A stretch of 64,000 nt of DNA from a candidate division WWE3 bacterium (GCA_012798115.1 JAAZNV010000007.1:25586-89585), one strand, 5' to 3'; numbered from the stretch's first letter, positions 39,181-49,576 are shown. Notes: a model not told the origin generated them from the letters alone. Program-made: numbers and translations.

Positions 39181-40980
39181 TTACCATAAATTAAGGGACT
39201 TGGTCAAATACATTTCTTCAACCTTAAGAACAACCTCTTCCAGTGGTTTAGAACCAAGATTTTCTTCGGTTCTAAGTCTAACACTAACTTCATTCTTTTC
39301 AACTTCTTTATCCCCGACAATAAGCATATAAGGGATCTTTTTCACTTGAGCATCTCTTATCTTAGATTGCATAGTTTCTGCCTTGTCATTTACTTCTACT
39401 CTTATATGTTTAGCCTTTAAGGCTTCCTTTACTCTTTGTGCATATTTTTCATGTTTATCACCAATAGGAATAATTTCTACTTGTATTGGACATAACCACA
39501 CAGGAAGATTTCCAGAAAAATGCTCCATCAAAAAACCAATAAATCTTTCATTAGATCCAAGAGGAGCTCTGTGTTGAACAATAACTGGTTTTTCTTTTCC
39601 ATCTTTATCTATGTAAGTAAGACCAAATCTTTCTGGGCTATACAAATCTATTTGATTTGTTGATATTCCGTACTCCGTACCTATTGCAGACTTAATTTTA
39701 AAGTCCATTTTTGGCCCATAATGAGCTGCTCCTTCGTTTACTACAGTATATTTGATTCCAGACTTATCCAATGCTTCCCTTGTTATTTTCTCAGCTTTCT
39801 GCCACATTTCTTCATTTCCATGGTATTTATTCATCTTTGTTGGATCCCTGAGGTTTAGTTCAATGTGATAATTATTCAGTCCTAGCATGTCGTAGTAATA
39901 TTTATGAAGATTAACTATCTCAACAAATACATCAATAGCTTGCTCTTTTGAACAATAAACATGAGCATCATTTTGACAAAATATTCTTGGTCGAAGTATT
40001 CCGTTTATTGCTCCTCTGTTTTCATATCTTGCTACAGTTCCGTATTCAGCAATCTTAAGTGGGAGCTCCTTGTATGTTCTAGGTTTTGATTTAAATACCA
40101 TATGATGAAAAGGACAATTCATTGGTTTTATGAAATATTCATCTTCCTGCTCACCAGGAACTGTTACTTTATACATTTCATCCTCAAAGTAAGGAACATG
40201 GCCAGATAACTCAAATATTTTCCTTTTAGCCATAAAAGGACTGGATACTCTAACATAACCCCATTTTTCTTCTGTTTCCTTACCCCATCTTTCAAGTTCT
40301 TCTCTAATTATCATTCCATTTGGAAGCCATATTGGAAGTCCAGGTCCAACCTCTTCAAATAGCGCAAATACTTCAAGGTTCTTATTTATATTCCTATGAT
40401 CTCTTTTCTTTTGTTCTTCAAGGATATTTAAATACTCATCAAGACCTTCTTTGGAATCAAAGGCTGTAGCATATATTCTTGTTAGCATCTTGTTTTGTTC
40501 TGATCCTCTCCAATATGCACCAGCCACACTTAATAGCTTAAATGCTTTTACATCACTTGTTCTTGCTACATGGTTTCCTGCACATAAGTCTATGTCGTAG
40601 TATTTACTTCCTTTTTCCCCTATTTCACATACGGTTGCCTTCTCTTTGTTTTTTTCTAAATCTTCTATCATTTCCCATTTATATGGATTGTCTTGAAATA
40701 TTTCTTTTAGTTCTTTGTATGATGCTTCTCTAACTACAATTGCTAAGTTAGCATCAACAATGTCTTGCATTTTTTGTTCTATACTTAAGAAATCTTCTTC
40801 TGTTATCTTTCCGTTGTAGTCAAAATCTCCATAAAACCCACTTTCAATAGGAGGCCCCATTACTTTTTTTGCTCCTTGAAATAAATCTTCTACTGCCATG
40901 TGCATTATATGTTCAGCACTATGTCTTAAAGCAAATAATGGGTCATTTTTTATTTTTTCTATTACTTTTTGTTTTTTCAT
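39181..40980 (-). CDS. thrS: threonyl-tRNA synthetase (lacking N-terminal TGS domain)
   Basis: editing-domain HxxxH (HSAEHIMHMAV), class II motifs, C-terminal anticodon-binding domain. Confidence 0.9.
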   Translation of the reverse strand: MKKQKVIEKIKNDPLFALRHSAEHIMHMAVEDLFQGAKKVMGPPIESGFYGDFDYNGKITEEDFLSIEQKMQDIVDANLAIVVREASYKELKEIFQDNPYKWEMIEDLEKNKEKATVCEIGEKGSKYYDIDLCAGNHVARTSDVKAFKLLSVAGAYWRGSEQNKMLTRIYATAFDSKEGLDEYLNILEEQKKRDHRNINKNLEVFALFEEVGPGLPIWLPNGMIIREELERWGKETEEKWGYVRVSSPFMAKRKIFELSGHVPYFEDEMYKVTVPGEQEDEYFIKPMNCPFHHMVFKSKPRTYKELPLKIAEYGTVARYENRGAINGILRPRIFCQNDAHVYCSKEQAIDVFVEIVNLHKYYYDMLGLNNYHIELNLRDPTKMNKYHGNEEMWQKAEKITREALDKSGIKYTVVNEGAAHYGPKMDFKIKSAIGTEYGISTNQIDLYSPERFGLTYIDKDGKEKPVIVQHRAPLGSNERFIGFLMEHFSGNLPVWLCPIQVEIIPIGDKHEKYAQRVKEALKAKHIRVEVNDKAETMQSKIRDAQVKKIPYMLIVGDKEVEKNEVSVRLRTEENLGSKPLEEVVLKVEEMYLTKSLNLW

Positions 40981-41133
40981 ATTTACCTACCTTCAATTAT
41001 AACTGAAATTTATTTATGTAAAAGGAAATTAAGGATATAAGGATAGACTAAAGTATGTCCCCCGAAGGGGTTGTAATTGTAGCTCTAAAAATAGATTTAA
41101 GTATAAGTCCCATCTGTTTCTTTTTACTTCAAT

Positions 41134-41850
41134 ATGAAGTTACTGTCAATGGGATATAATCACATTATGATCTTAAATGTATACAAGGAAAAAGGCTGGA
41201 CTAGTTTTGATGTTGTAGCTAAGGTAAGGGGGTTGCTTGGTAAAAAAAGGAAAGTGGGACATACTGGAACCTTAGATCCTTTGGCAGAAGGTGTATTGAT
41301 TGTTCTTACAGATGAAGATACAAGAAGACAAAATGAGTTTATGAATTTAAGAAAAGAATACAAAGCTGTTATAGCTTTTGGGTTAGCCACCCCGTCTTAT
41401 GACTTAGAATTTTTACCAGTCGTTAGTGATGAACAATTAAGTTTGGATGAGGTTTTAAGGTTGTTGAAGGATACGTTACCAAAATATATTGGAGAGCTAA
41501 ATCAAGTGGTTCCTAGTTACTCTGCTGTAAAAGTTAACGGAAAAAGATTGTACAAGGAAGCAAGAAAAGGAAATATTAATAAAAAAGATCTTCCCGTTAA
41601 GAGAGTTAGTATTTATGATCTACATATCTTAAATAGTAGTAATGAGAAAATTAAAACTAATGAAGGTATTGTAAATTTTCCTGCGGTAACAATAAAGATA
41701 GTGTGTTCTTCTGGGACATATGTTAGGTCACTCGCTAATGATTTAGGAGAAGAATTAAAAGTTAAAGCTGTGTTGGTTAGCTTAATTAGAACAAAAGTTG
41801 GTAATTTTAATGTTTCTGATTCCAAAAAAATCACCGAGTTAAAAATATAG
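41134..41850 (+). CDS. truB: tRNA pseudouridine55 synthase TruB
   Basis: GHTGTLDPLAEGVLIV catalytic-Asp motif. Confidence 0.85.
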   Translation: MKLLSMGYNHIMILNVYKEKGWTSFDVVAKVRGLLGKKRKVGHTGTLDPLAEGVLIVLTDEDTRRQNEFMNLRKEYKAVIAFGLATPSYDLEFLPVVSDEQLSLDEVLRLLKDTLPKYIGELNQVVPSYSAVKVNGKRLYKEARKGNINKKDLPVKRVSIYDLHILNSSNEKIKTNEGIVNFPAVTIKIVCSSGTYVRSLANDLGEELKVKAVLVSLIRTKVGNFNVSDSKKITELKI

Positions 41851-41879
41851 CTCGGTGAATTAACTTACTTAATACTTAT

Positions 41880-42257
41880 TCATTTGTGTTCTGCGTTCAT
41901 TGCTTCTTCTTTTGTAGCATGAATAGTTCCATCTGGATGATTTGCTGGGCTGTATATTGTATAAAGTTTTAAGTCTTCTGTTTCTGATGTGTTTATTACA
42001 TTATGTTCTGTTCCTGCTGGGACAACTATTGCAAAGCCCTCTGAGAAGTTATACTCAACCCCATTCATAACCACTTTTCCTTGTCCTTTATCAATTCTAA
42101 AGAATTGATCTACACTTGGGTGCACTTCCATACCAATATCTTCCATTGGTTTTAGGCTCATAACAACAAGTTGACTATGTTCATTTGTTGCTAAGACCTT
42201 TCTAAAATTTGTATTTTCTAATGTTATCTTTTCTATGTTGTCTACAAATAATGACAT
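41880..42257 (-). CDS. cupin-domain protein
   Basis: 125 aa, two-His cupin motifs (EVHPSVDQFF ... VVPAGTEHNV). Confidence 0.6.
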   Translation of the reverse strand: MSLFVDNIEKITLENTNFRKVLATNEHSQLVVMSLKPMEDIGMEVHPSVDQFFRIDKGQGKVVMNGVEYNFSEGFAIVVPAGTEHNVINTSETEDLKLYTIYSPANHPDGTIHATKEEAMNAEHK

Positions 42258-42307
42258 ACAATTCCTTTCTTAATTAAATAATTACGTAACTAATATTAAT
42301 TAAATTA

Positions 42308-42856
42308 TTATTCCTTGCAACAATCAACTGCTTTCTTAATTATTTGTCCTAACTTATCAAATACACTGCCCCCTGCTTTAATTTTGGGGTTTTGTTCTTC
42401 TGATACATATTGCACATCGTTGTTCTCTTCTACTTTAATATCACTTGTTTTTACTAGATCTAAGTTTAATCCCCAAAACAAATTATAAAGCTCATATGAT
42501 TTTTTAAATAACTCTTTTGCTTCTTCTTTGTCTCCTTTTCCTAAAGATTTAGTGCCCACTTCCATAAGTCTCATTGAAGCTGAAAGTAAGTGTTTGCTAA
42601 TACACCAAACTTCTCCATCTGGGTTTTTAATGATCTTTTTTAGCAGTTCCTTTCTCATTTCTCTAACTTTATTTAATATATCAAGATATTGTGAGTCATT
42701 TGTTTTACCTGCAGTAAAAAACAAGTGTTCTTCTATTGAGATTAAGTTCATTATGGCTATAGATAAGTCTTCTCCAGATGATAAATCTAGCTTTTCTCCT
42801 TTTTCCAGCTTTTTAATATTATTTATTAGTTTTTGAATTTCTTCTTGTTCGTTCAT
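42308..42856 (-). CDS. hypothetical protein
   Basis: 182 aa, no family recognised. Confidence 0.35.
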   Translation of the reverse strand: MNEQEEIQKLINNIKKLEKGEKLDLSSGEDLSIAIMNLISIEEHLFFTAGKTNDSQYLDILNKVREMRKELLKKIIKNPDGEVWCISKHLLSASMRLMEVGTKSLGKGDKEEAKELFKKSYELYNLFWGLNLDLVKTSDIKVEENNDVQYVSEEQNPKIKAGGSVFDKLGQIIKKAVDCCKE

Positions 42857-42868
42857 ACTTAAAGTTTA

Positions 42869-43372
42869 TCAGGTTAGTAAGTAAAAGGTAAAACTTGCTA
42901 AGGTTAAAAAAAGTACAGGTAAAATTACCTTTTGATAATAAATATATACTTCTCCATGATTAGTTTTTCTTAAACTTTTATCCAAGTAGATAGATATAAT
43001 AAAGGTGATTAATCCAGCAACTATTCCTAAAACAATCTTATCCACCCCCCAAAGTGTGTTTGTTGGGTTACCTATTATTTTTTTAATATACATAGGAATT
43101 ATTGTTAGTAACAAGAAAGACACTGTTGATAAAGCTTCTGGATATGGTATTTTCCATTTCTTCTTTTGAATTATGTCTGCAAACCAAAATGCTGAAGCAA
43201 TAACTAACCCCCCAATCCAAACTCCTGTTATTGTGTCATCAATTCCTAGGTATCTGCTTACTCCAAGTCCTGCCCCTACTGCAACAATACATATTGGACA
43301 AACTGCAAAGGATTTAATTGTTGTTAAAGTAATCGTTGAAAAGAATATTATTAATGATAATAGTAAATTCAT
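42869..43372 (-). CDS. integral membrane protein with CPIC motif
   Basis: 167 aa, 4-5 TM helices, VCPICIV near first helix; adjacent to thioredoxin-like gene. Confidence 0.35.
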   Translation of the reverse strand: MNLLLSLIIFFSTITLTTIKSFAVCPICIVAVGAGLGVSRYLGIDDTITGVWIGGLVIASAFWFADIIQKKKWKIPYPEALSTVSFLLLTIIPMYIKKIIGNPTNTLWGVDKIVLGIVAGLITFIISIYLDKSLRKTNHGEVYIYYQKVILPVLFLTLASFTFYLLT

Positions 43373-43373
43373 A

Positions 43374-43799
43374 TTATTGAGTTGGTGTTGAGGATGACTC
43401 TATTACCTCTAAACCTGCTTTTTCAGATAACAACCTTTTAATGTCAGGTTCTCCTATTAAACATTTTCCTTCAAAGTAAACAAAAGGAACACCTATATCT
43501 GATGATTTAATATTACACTTCTCTGCCACTTTAGAAAGAACTATGGAATTTGATTGGTTGTTATAAACTTCTTTTTTAACGATGATAATCTTTTCTTCTA
43601 TCTTATTATTGTCAATAAAATCTTCAAGGTCTTTACATCTAGGACATGTATTTCCATAGAAGTACACAACGTTTTTGGATGAAAGTACTTCGTCAAGGGA
43701 TTTGGTTAGCCCTTTTGTTCTATTGCTTTCAAGAACGATAATTCCAAGAAGGATTCCAATAGTTAAAAGTATAAATAATGTTATTGTTTTTTTGTTCAT
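43374..43799 (-). CDS. membrane-anchored thioredoxin/glutaredoxin-like protein (CPRC)
   Basis: N-terminal TM, YFYGNTCPRCKDLE active-site motif. Confidence 0.55.
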   Translation of the reverse strand: MNKKTITLFILLTIGILLGIIVLESNRTKGLTKSLDEVLSSKNVVYFYGNTCPRCKDLEDFIDNNKIEEKIIIVKKEVYNNQSNSIVLSKVAEKCNIKSSDIGVPFVYFEGKCLIGEPDIKRLLSEKAGLEVIESSSTPTQ

Positions 43800-43851
43800 A
43801 GTTGTAACTATAAATATTTACCCTATTTCTTGGAATAAATCAACATGAGTT

Positions 43852-43928
43852 TGGTGGGCGGTACAGGAATCGAACCTATGACCTCCACAATGTCAATGTG
43901 GCGCTCTAACCAACTGAGCTAACCGCCC
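43852..43928 (-). tRNA. tRNA-Val (anticodon GAC)
   Basis: Cloverleaf GGGCGGT...ACCGCCC acceptor, anticodon loop TTGACAT, T-loop GGTTCGATTCC, encoded CCA. Confidence 0.9.
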
Positions 43929-43958
43929 TTAAGATAAGCCCTTAAGATAAAAGTTAGA

Positions 43959-44561
43959 TTACTTCTTCTTTGGGTCCATTACCTTGTCTATTATCCCATA
44001 CTTGATGGATTCATTTGCATCCATCCAATAATCTCTGTCTATATCAGTCTTAACCTTATCTAGTTTCTGTCCAGTTTCTTTTGCAATGGTTTCTGCATAT
44101 TGATCTCTAAGCTTTAACATATGCTTTGCTGTTATTTCAACATCGCTTGCTTGACCTTCTATTCCTCCAATTACTTGGTGGATCATAGTATGAGATCCAG
44201 GAAGAGCATACCTTTTACCTTTTGTTCCAGCAGATAATATTAAAGCCCCTGCAGATGCAGCAAGTCCTACATTTATCGTTACTACATTATTCTTAATGTG
44301 CTTAATAGTATCGTACATGGCTACTCCTGCATATACTTCCCCTCCAGGTGAGTTAATATAAACACTAATATCCTTGTCTGGATTTTGGCTCTCTAAAAAA
44401 AGCATTTGAGCAATAAATGTATTTGCTACCCCCATATCAATAGGTCCAGTAACAAAAACGATAAAATCTTTTAACAACCTGGAATAAATATCATAAGATC
44501 TTTCCATTCCGTTTTGGTCTTTTTCTATAACTATTGGCACTAAGGTGTTATTTATGCTCAT
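43959..44561 (-). CDS. clpP: ATP-dependent Clp protease proteolytic subunit
   Basis: catalytic GLAASAG (Ser), MIHQ (His), DRD (Asp); start at MSINN Met. Confidence 0.9.
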   Translation of the reverse strand: MSINNTLVPIVIEKDQNGMERSYDIYSRLLKDFIVFVTGPIDMGVANTFIAQMLFLESQNPDKDISVYINSPGGEVYAGVAMYDTIKHIKNNVVTINVGLAASAGALILSAGTKGKRYALPGSHTMIHQVIGGIEGQASDVEITAKHMLKLRDQYAETIAKETGQKLDKVKTDIDRDYWMDANESIKYGIIDKVMDPKKK

Positions 44562-45450
44562 GGTGTTTTTCTCCTTCAGTTTCTTCAATTAACTTATTTA
44601 TAAGCTTATTCTTTTGAATAATAGTTTTAATGTAAAGCTTTTGCATAGGGTCATTCAAACTTTCACCAATATTATTATCCCCTACTGCATTTATCATATC
44701 ATCAATTTCTTTATCAGTAACCTCAATACTTTCTTCCTTGATTAAATGAGATAATACAAATTCTGCTTTAATGTTCCTTTTTGACATTTCATCATAGTCT
44801 TTTCTTAACGATTCAGCAGTTTTGTTTTGAGCTTTAAGATAGTTTTCTACAGACAAATTTATGGATCTTAATTGGTCCATGAGTCTTGCCATTACCCTGT
44901 CTGTTTCTTCTTCAATTAACATATCTGCTATTTCAACATCACTTTCTTTAAGAAGCACATCTATTACTTCATTTGCTCCCATATGAACATGAGATTCTTC
45001 TATTTTTTCGCCTTTTTTAAGCTTTTCTAACTTCTCTTTATCATTCTTTTCTGTTTTATCTTTGTAATAGTCTTTTAATGCTTTTTTATAATCTTTTATC
45101 TTTACTTCTGGCCTTACAGCAAAAACAGCTGAAAACTCAAAGTCTTTTTCTAAATCAAATTCTTTTATTTCCACCTTAGGATTTGATACTGGCATTAGCA
45201 AATTTTCTTTTAATGCTTGTGGGTAGTATGTTTGAAGTAAATCGTTTATTGCATCTCCATAAAGACTTGATACCCCAAGTTTGTCTTTTACCATTTCTTT
45301 AGGTGCTGCTCCTTTTCTAAAGCCTTCTATCTCAGTGTTTTTAACTGCTTCAGTGAGGATTTTTTCATATGATTCCTTTACTTTTTCTTTTTCTAAAGTA
45401 ACTGTTAATTTTATAGTAGATTTTGGTTGTTTTTCTATTTGTGTTTTCAT
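44548..45450 (-). CDS. tig: trigger factor lacking the central FKBP/PPIase domain
   Basis: N-domain signature EGFRKGAAPKEMV; N-domain followed directly by C-terminal arm domain; 300 aa vs ~430 typical. Confidence 0.65.
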   Translation of the reverse strand: MKTQIEKQPKSTIKLTVTLEKEKVKESYEKILTEAVKNTEIEGFRKGAAPKEMVKDKLGVSSLYGDAINDLLQTYYPQALKENLLMPVSNPKVEIKEFDLEKDFEFSAVFAVRPEVKIKDYKKALKDYYKDKTEKNDKEKLEKLKKGEKIEESHVHMGANEVIDVLLKESDVEIADMLIEEETDRVMARLMDQLRSINLSVENYLKAQNKTAESLRKDYDEMSKRNIKAEFVLSHLIKEESIEVTDKEIDDMINAVGDNNIGESLNDPMQKLYIKTIIQKNKLINKLIEETEGEKHHEHK

Positions 45451-45457
45451 AGCTTAG

Positions 45458-46564
45458 TTATTTTATCACACCTGATCCTATACAAAGATCACCTAAGTAA
45501 AAAACAGCAAACTGACCTGGTGTTACTGAAGTTTGTAGTGATTTAAAAAGTAGATTATAACTTCCATCTTTCTTATAAATCAAAGTAGCTTTAGAAGCTT
45601 TAGCTTGATATCTAATTTTTACATTAACATCTAACTTTTTTTTGTATAACTTATTATTTGAGAGACAAACATTAATTAATTCAACTTTCTTGGTTTGTAA
45701 GTCGCTTAAATTTTTTGAAACAACCAAAACATTCCTTTTAATATCTTTAAAAGCTACAAAATAAGGACCTCCTGAAAGACCAATACCTTTTCTTTGACCT
45801 ATTGTGTAATGCTGAAGACCTATATGAGCTCCTAATATCTTTCCCTTTGTATCTATAATATTTCCTTTCTTTCCTCCTACTTCCTTTTCTAAAAAGTTAC
45901 TCATTGAATCCTCAGATACAAAGCAAAAATCTTGTGATTGAGCTAGTTTCAAGTAAAAATCTAAGTTTTCTTCTTCAGCTATTCTATAAACTTCTTCCTT
46001 GGTAAAGTCTTCAAGAGGAAACATTATTCTTTCTAAATATTCTTGAGGTAATAAGCTTAAGTAGTAGGTCTGATCCTTCTTTTTATCCTTTGGCAGTGAA
46101 ATAAAATAACTTTTATACTTTTTACTAAACACTGTTTTTGCATAGTGCCCTGTTGCTACATATTTTATTCCTTGAGAATTTGCATAGTTTATTAGTTCTT
46201 TGAACTTTGTTTCTTTATTACATATCATACAAGGGTTAGGAGTTTGGGATCTTCTTAAAGTATCTATAAAGTAGCTAATAACTGTGTCTTGAAATTGTTT
46301 TGAAATATCTAAGGTTACATGTTTACAGCCATATTTCTTGCAAATCTTTTTAGCAGTTAAGATTGATTCAGTACTACAGCATATATTTTCCTTTTGTTTG
46401 TTGGATTTATCTTGCCATACACAGTATTTAAGAGAAACTCCAATAGGATTCCAACCATTTTTCTTTAAGAGGATAAGAGCTATTGATGAATCTACTCCTC
46501 CAGACATACCAACCACAATCTTCTTTCCGTTTCCTTTGGTTATTCCTTTTGGTTTTCCATCCAT
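45458..46564 (-). CDS. mnmA: tRNA-specific 2-thiouridylase MnmA
   Basis: PP-loop VGMSGGVDSS, catalytic Cys pair, C-terminal beta-barrel. Confidence 0.85.
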   Translation of the reverse strand: MDGKPKGITKGNGKKIVVGMSGGVDSSIALILLKKNGWNPIGVSLKYCVWQDKSNKQKENICCSTESILTAKKICKKYGCKHVTLDISKQFQDTVISYFIDTLRRSQTPNPCMICNKETKFKELINYANSQGIKYVATGHYAKTVFSKKYKSYFISLPKDKKKDQTYYLSLLPQEYLERIMFPLEDFTKEEVYRIAEEENLDFYLKLAQSQDFCFVSEDSMSNFLEKEVGGKKGNIIDTKGKILGAHIGLQHYTIGQRKGIGLSGGPYFVAFKDIKRNVLVVSKNLSDLQTKKVELINVCLSNNKLYKKKLDVNVKIRYQAKASKATLIYKKDGSYNLLFKSLQTSVTPGQFAVFYLGDLCIGSGVIK

Positions 46565-47022
46565 TCTTCATACCTTTCTTCAAGCTCTTCGTTGTGTCTA
46601 ACAATAGATTCGTGTTTCTTTTCTAAATCCTTTGGTGTTGGTTTGTTTGATTTCTTAAGGTAATCGTATATAGCTTCAGCTAAAGCTTCTGTTGCAAGTA
46701 CAGAACAATGTATTTTTATAGGAGGAAGACCATCTAGGGATTCAATGATTTCATCATTCGTGACTTTTAAAGCTTCCTCTATTGTTTTGCCTTTTACCAT
46801 TTCTGTGATTGCACTACTTGTTGCAATGGCTGCTACACATCCAAACGTTTGAAACTTAACGTTGGTAATCACTTCTTTTCCTTTGATGTTTTCTACTTTG
46901 ATGTATAAATACATCATATCTCCACAAGCAAGGTTTCCTACTTTACCTATGCCATCAGCATTTTTTATTTTGCCTAGGTTTCTTGGTTTATGAAAATATT
47001 TTAATACTTTATCTGTGTACAT
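46540..47022 (-). CDS. iscU: Fe-S cluster/sulfur scaffold protein IscU/NifU-like
   Basis: GNLACGDMMYL, FQTFGCVAAIA, HC motifs (three conserved Cys). Confidence 0.8.
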   Translation of the reverse strand: MYTDKVLKYFHKPRNLGKIKNADGIGKVGNLACGDMMYLYIKVENIKGKEVITNVKFQTFGCVAAIATSSAITEMVKGKTIEEALKVTNDEIIESLDGLPPIKIHCSVLATEALAEAIYDYLKKSNKPTPKDLEKKHESIVRHNEELEERYEEWMENQKE

Positions 47023-47038
47023 AATTAGCTTATATTAT

Positions 47039-48223
47039 CTAGCAATTTTTTAAATTCATAGGACTAATTACTCTCAACTTTTTTACTGCTTTAGGAAGTA
47101 TTTCTAATAAGTACTCAATGTCTTTGTCTTTAGTAAACCTTCCTAAACTTATTCTTATTGTTCCTTGAGCTTCTTTTTTTTCTATTCCACATGCAAGAAG
47201 AACGTGAGAAGACTCGAGTTTTGGGGATGAGCATGCAGATGCTGTTGATACTTCTATTCCTTTGTCATCCAGCTCCATCATTAATGCTTCCCCTTCTATA
47301 AAGTCAAACCTTAAATTAATGTTATTTGATAATCTTTTGACAGGGTGTCCATTTAAGTATGATTGTGGTATTTTCTTAAGTATTGTTTTTATTACCTTAT
47401 TTCTAAGTTTGATCAGTCTTTTATCTTCTGTTTTCATTTCTTTAATACAAATATCAAGAGCTTTAGCAAATCCAACAATGGCTGGGACGTTTACTGTTGA
47501 AGATCTTTTTCCTCTTTCATGTCCTCCACCATGAATTAGTGGTTCTATATTTACTCCATTTCTAACATATAAAAGAGCTGCTCCTTTGGGTCCATATATT
47601 TTATGAGAAGATGCTGTAAGTAAATCTACGTTTAGTTTTTCTACGTCAAGGTTCATTTTTCCAAAGCTTTGTGAAGCGTCTGTATGAAGTAATATGCCTC
47701 TTTCTTTGCATAATCTGCCAATTTCTTCTATTGGCTCTATTGTTCCAATTTCATTGTTTGAATGCATTACTGATACAAGAATAGTGTCTTTATTCATTAA
47801 CTTTTTTAATTCGTTAATATTTACTACCCCATCCTTATTAACAGATATGTACTTTATTTCAAAACCTTGAGATTCTAGCCATTTTGCACTGTTTAATACG
47901 CAATCATGCTCTATAGAAGATACTATTATTCTTTTTCCCTTAGCTTTATTTGCAAAGGCTATTCCTTTTAAGGCCCAGTTGTTACTTTCTGTGGCAGAAG
48001 ATGTGAAGTAAATTTCATTTGGTGAGCATTTTAAGTACTTAGACATTATATTTCTAGATTTTTCTAGTGCTTTATTTGCTTCTACACCCATAGAATGAAT
48101 AGAAGATGAGTTTCCATAATTTTTGTTAAAGTATGGTAGCATGCATGTAATTACAGCCTTATCTACGGGAGTTGTAGCTGCATAGTCTAAATATATTCTT
48201 TTAGAAGTCTTTTTTGTTTTCAT
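47039..48223 (-). CDS. iscS: cysteine desulfurase (IscS/NifS family)
   Basis: PLP Lys in SSHKIYGPKGAALLYV, catalytic Cys in SACSS. Confidence 0.85.
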   Translation of the reverse strand: MKTKKTSKRIYLDYAATTPVDKAVITCMLPYFNKNYGNSSSIHSMGVEANKALEKSRNIMSKYLKCSPNEIYFTSSATESNNWALKGIAFANKAKGKRIIVSSIEHDCVLNSAKWLESQGFEIKYISVNKDGVVNINELKKLMNKDTILVSVMHSNNEIGTIEPIEEIGRLCKERGILLHTDASQSFGKMNLDVEKLNVDLLTASSHKIYGPKGAALLYVRNGVNIEPLIHGGGHERGKRSSTVNVPAIVGFAKALDICIKEMKTEDKRLIKLRNKVIKTILKKIPQSYLNGHPVKRLSNNINLRFDFIEGEALMMELDDKGIEVSTASACSSPKLESSHVLLACGIEKKEAQGTIRISLGRFTKDKDIEYLLEILPKAVKKLRVISPMNLKNC

Positions 48224-48277
48224 ATCGAGGATATTGTATCACAGTATGAAGCTTTTGAGATTTATTAGCTGCCTTGA

Positions 48278-49576
48278 TTAGGTTAGAAGATCTTTTATTT
48301 CTTTTGTTTTTATATTACCTACTGCGTAGAGGTACATATTATCTTTTGTGAGGTACTTTTGAGCAACTTTGTTTATTGTTTTTGTATCTATATTACTAAC
48401 ATCATTTAAGAAGTCGTTAAAGTAATAATTATCGCTTTTTATTAATAATTGCCTATAAAAATGACCCCCGACCCATGATTGTGCGGTTTGCGTTGAAATA
48501 ATGCTTGAGTTGATTATTTTATTTTTGATAACAAAAAGGTCCTCATCCTTTACTCCATTTTGAAGCAGATCATTAAGTGTTTCTGTTATTATGTTTATTA
48601 CTTGATTTAGATTTTCCTTCTTTGTTGTTGCTTCAATAGACAGGTAACCTGAATCTGAAAAGTAGTTGCTTTTTGCAAGAACTGAATACAGCAAGTTGTT
48701 TTGGTATCTAAGCGTATTTTTTAATAGGGATGCTCTTCCCTCGCCTAGATACGTAGTCAATAATTTGAGAGCTAGTACATCTTTTGACCCTAAATTGCAT
48801 GTTGGGAACGCAAGGGAGCAGTGTACTAGTTTTTGACCTGGAACTTCGGTTGATCCATATCTTACTGTTTGGTAGCTACTGACTTTGTAAGAGTTACTTA
48901 TGTACTCTTTGCACGGAACGCTGCTGTCAAAAGATCTTATAAGTTCTTCAATATCACAATCTCCACAGGAGATTATAGTTGTGTTGTTGGGTGTAACCTC
49001 CTTAAGATGCTTATCAATATCCCTTTTACTTATAGATTCGACAGACTTCTTATATCCTGATACGTTTCTGGCGAGTGGATTATCTCCATAAATTAAAGAT
49101 CTTATTCCATTGGCTAGCAGTCTTTTTTTATTATCCATTCTTTCTGATATTTCATCCTGAACTACCTTTTTCTCACGTTCTATTTTTTCTTCTGATAGCG
49201 TAGGTTTTTCAAGTATTTGATGTGTAATTTCTCCTACTAGTGGTATATGTTCTTTTTTTGCAATTAGAAAATTGAAACATGTGTATTCGGTTGCAGTAGT
49301 TGCAGAGTAGGAACCACCAATATTATATATTGCTAATGACAGCTCTCTTTTGCTAGGAAATTTTTCTGTTCCACTTAATACTATGTGCTCTACAAAATGA
49401 GCTAATCCCTCTTTTCCTTCTGGATCAAATCTAGAGCCACTTCTTGAGCACACTTTAATAGAAATTGGGGAGTTACTTCTTTTGAAATGAACAAACTTTA
49501 TCATACCCTTTTCATTCCTATTTTGAAGTGTGACTTGAAAGTCTTGTAGTGTTATAAGTTTTTTCATTGCTATCAC
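48278..49576 (-). CDS. M16 family zinc peptidase (paralog of 34879..36171)
   Basis: GSRFDPEGKEGLAHFVEHIV with HxxEH. Confidence 0.75.
   Translation of the reverse strand: MIAMKKLITLQDFQVTLQNRNEKGMIKFVHFKRSNSPISIKVCSRSGSRFDPEGKEGLAHFVEHIVLSGTEKFPSKRELSLAIYNIGGSYSATTATEYTCFNFLIAKKEHIPLVGEITHQILEKPTLSEEKIEREKKVVQDEISERMDNKKRLLANGIRSLIYGDNPLARNVSGYKKSVESISKRDIDKHLKEVTPNNTTIISCGDCDIEELIRSFDSSVPCKEYISNSYKVSSYQTVRYGSTEVPGQKLVHCSLAFPTCNLGSKDVLALKLLTTYLGEGRASLLKNTLRYQNNLLYSVLAKSNYFSDSGYLSIEATTKKENLNQVINIITETLNDLLQNGVKDEDLFVIKNKIINSSIISTQTAQSWVGGHFYRQLLIKSDNYYFNDFLNDVSNIDTKTINKVAQKYLTKDNMYLYAVGNIKTKEIKDLLT

Noticed and set aside
38638-39189. 183-aa plus-strand ORF antisense to infC/rpmI
   Set aside because: Low-complexity Ser/Phe/Leu-rich product opposite two well-supported genes
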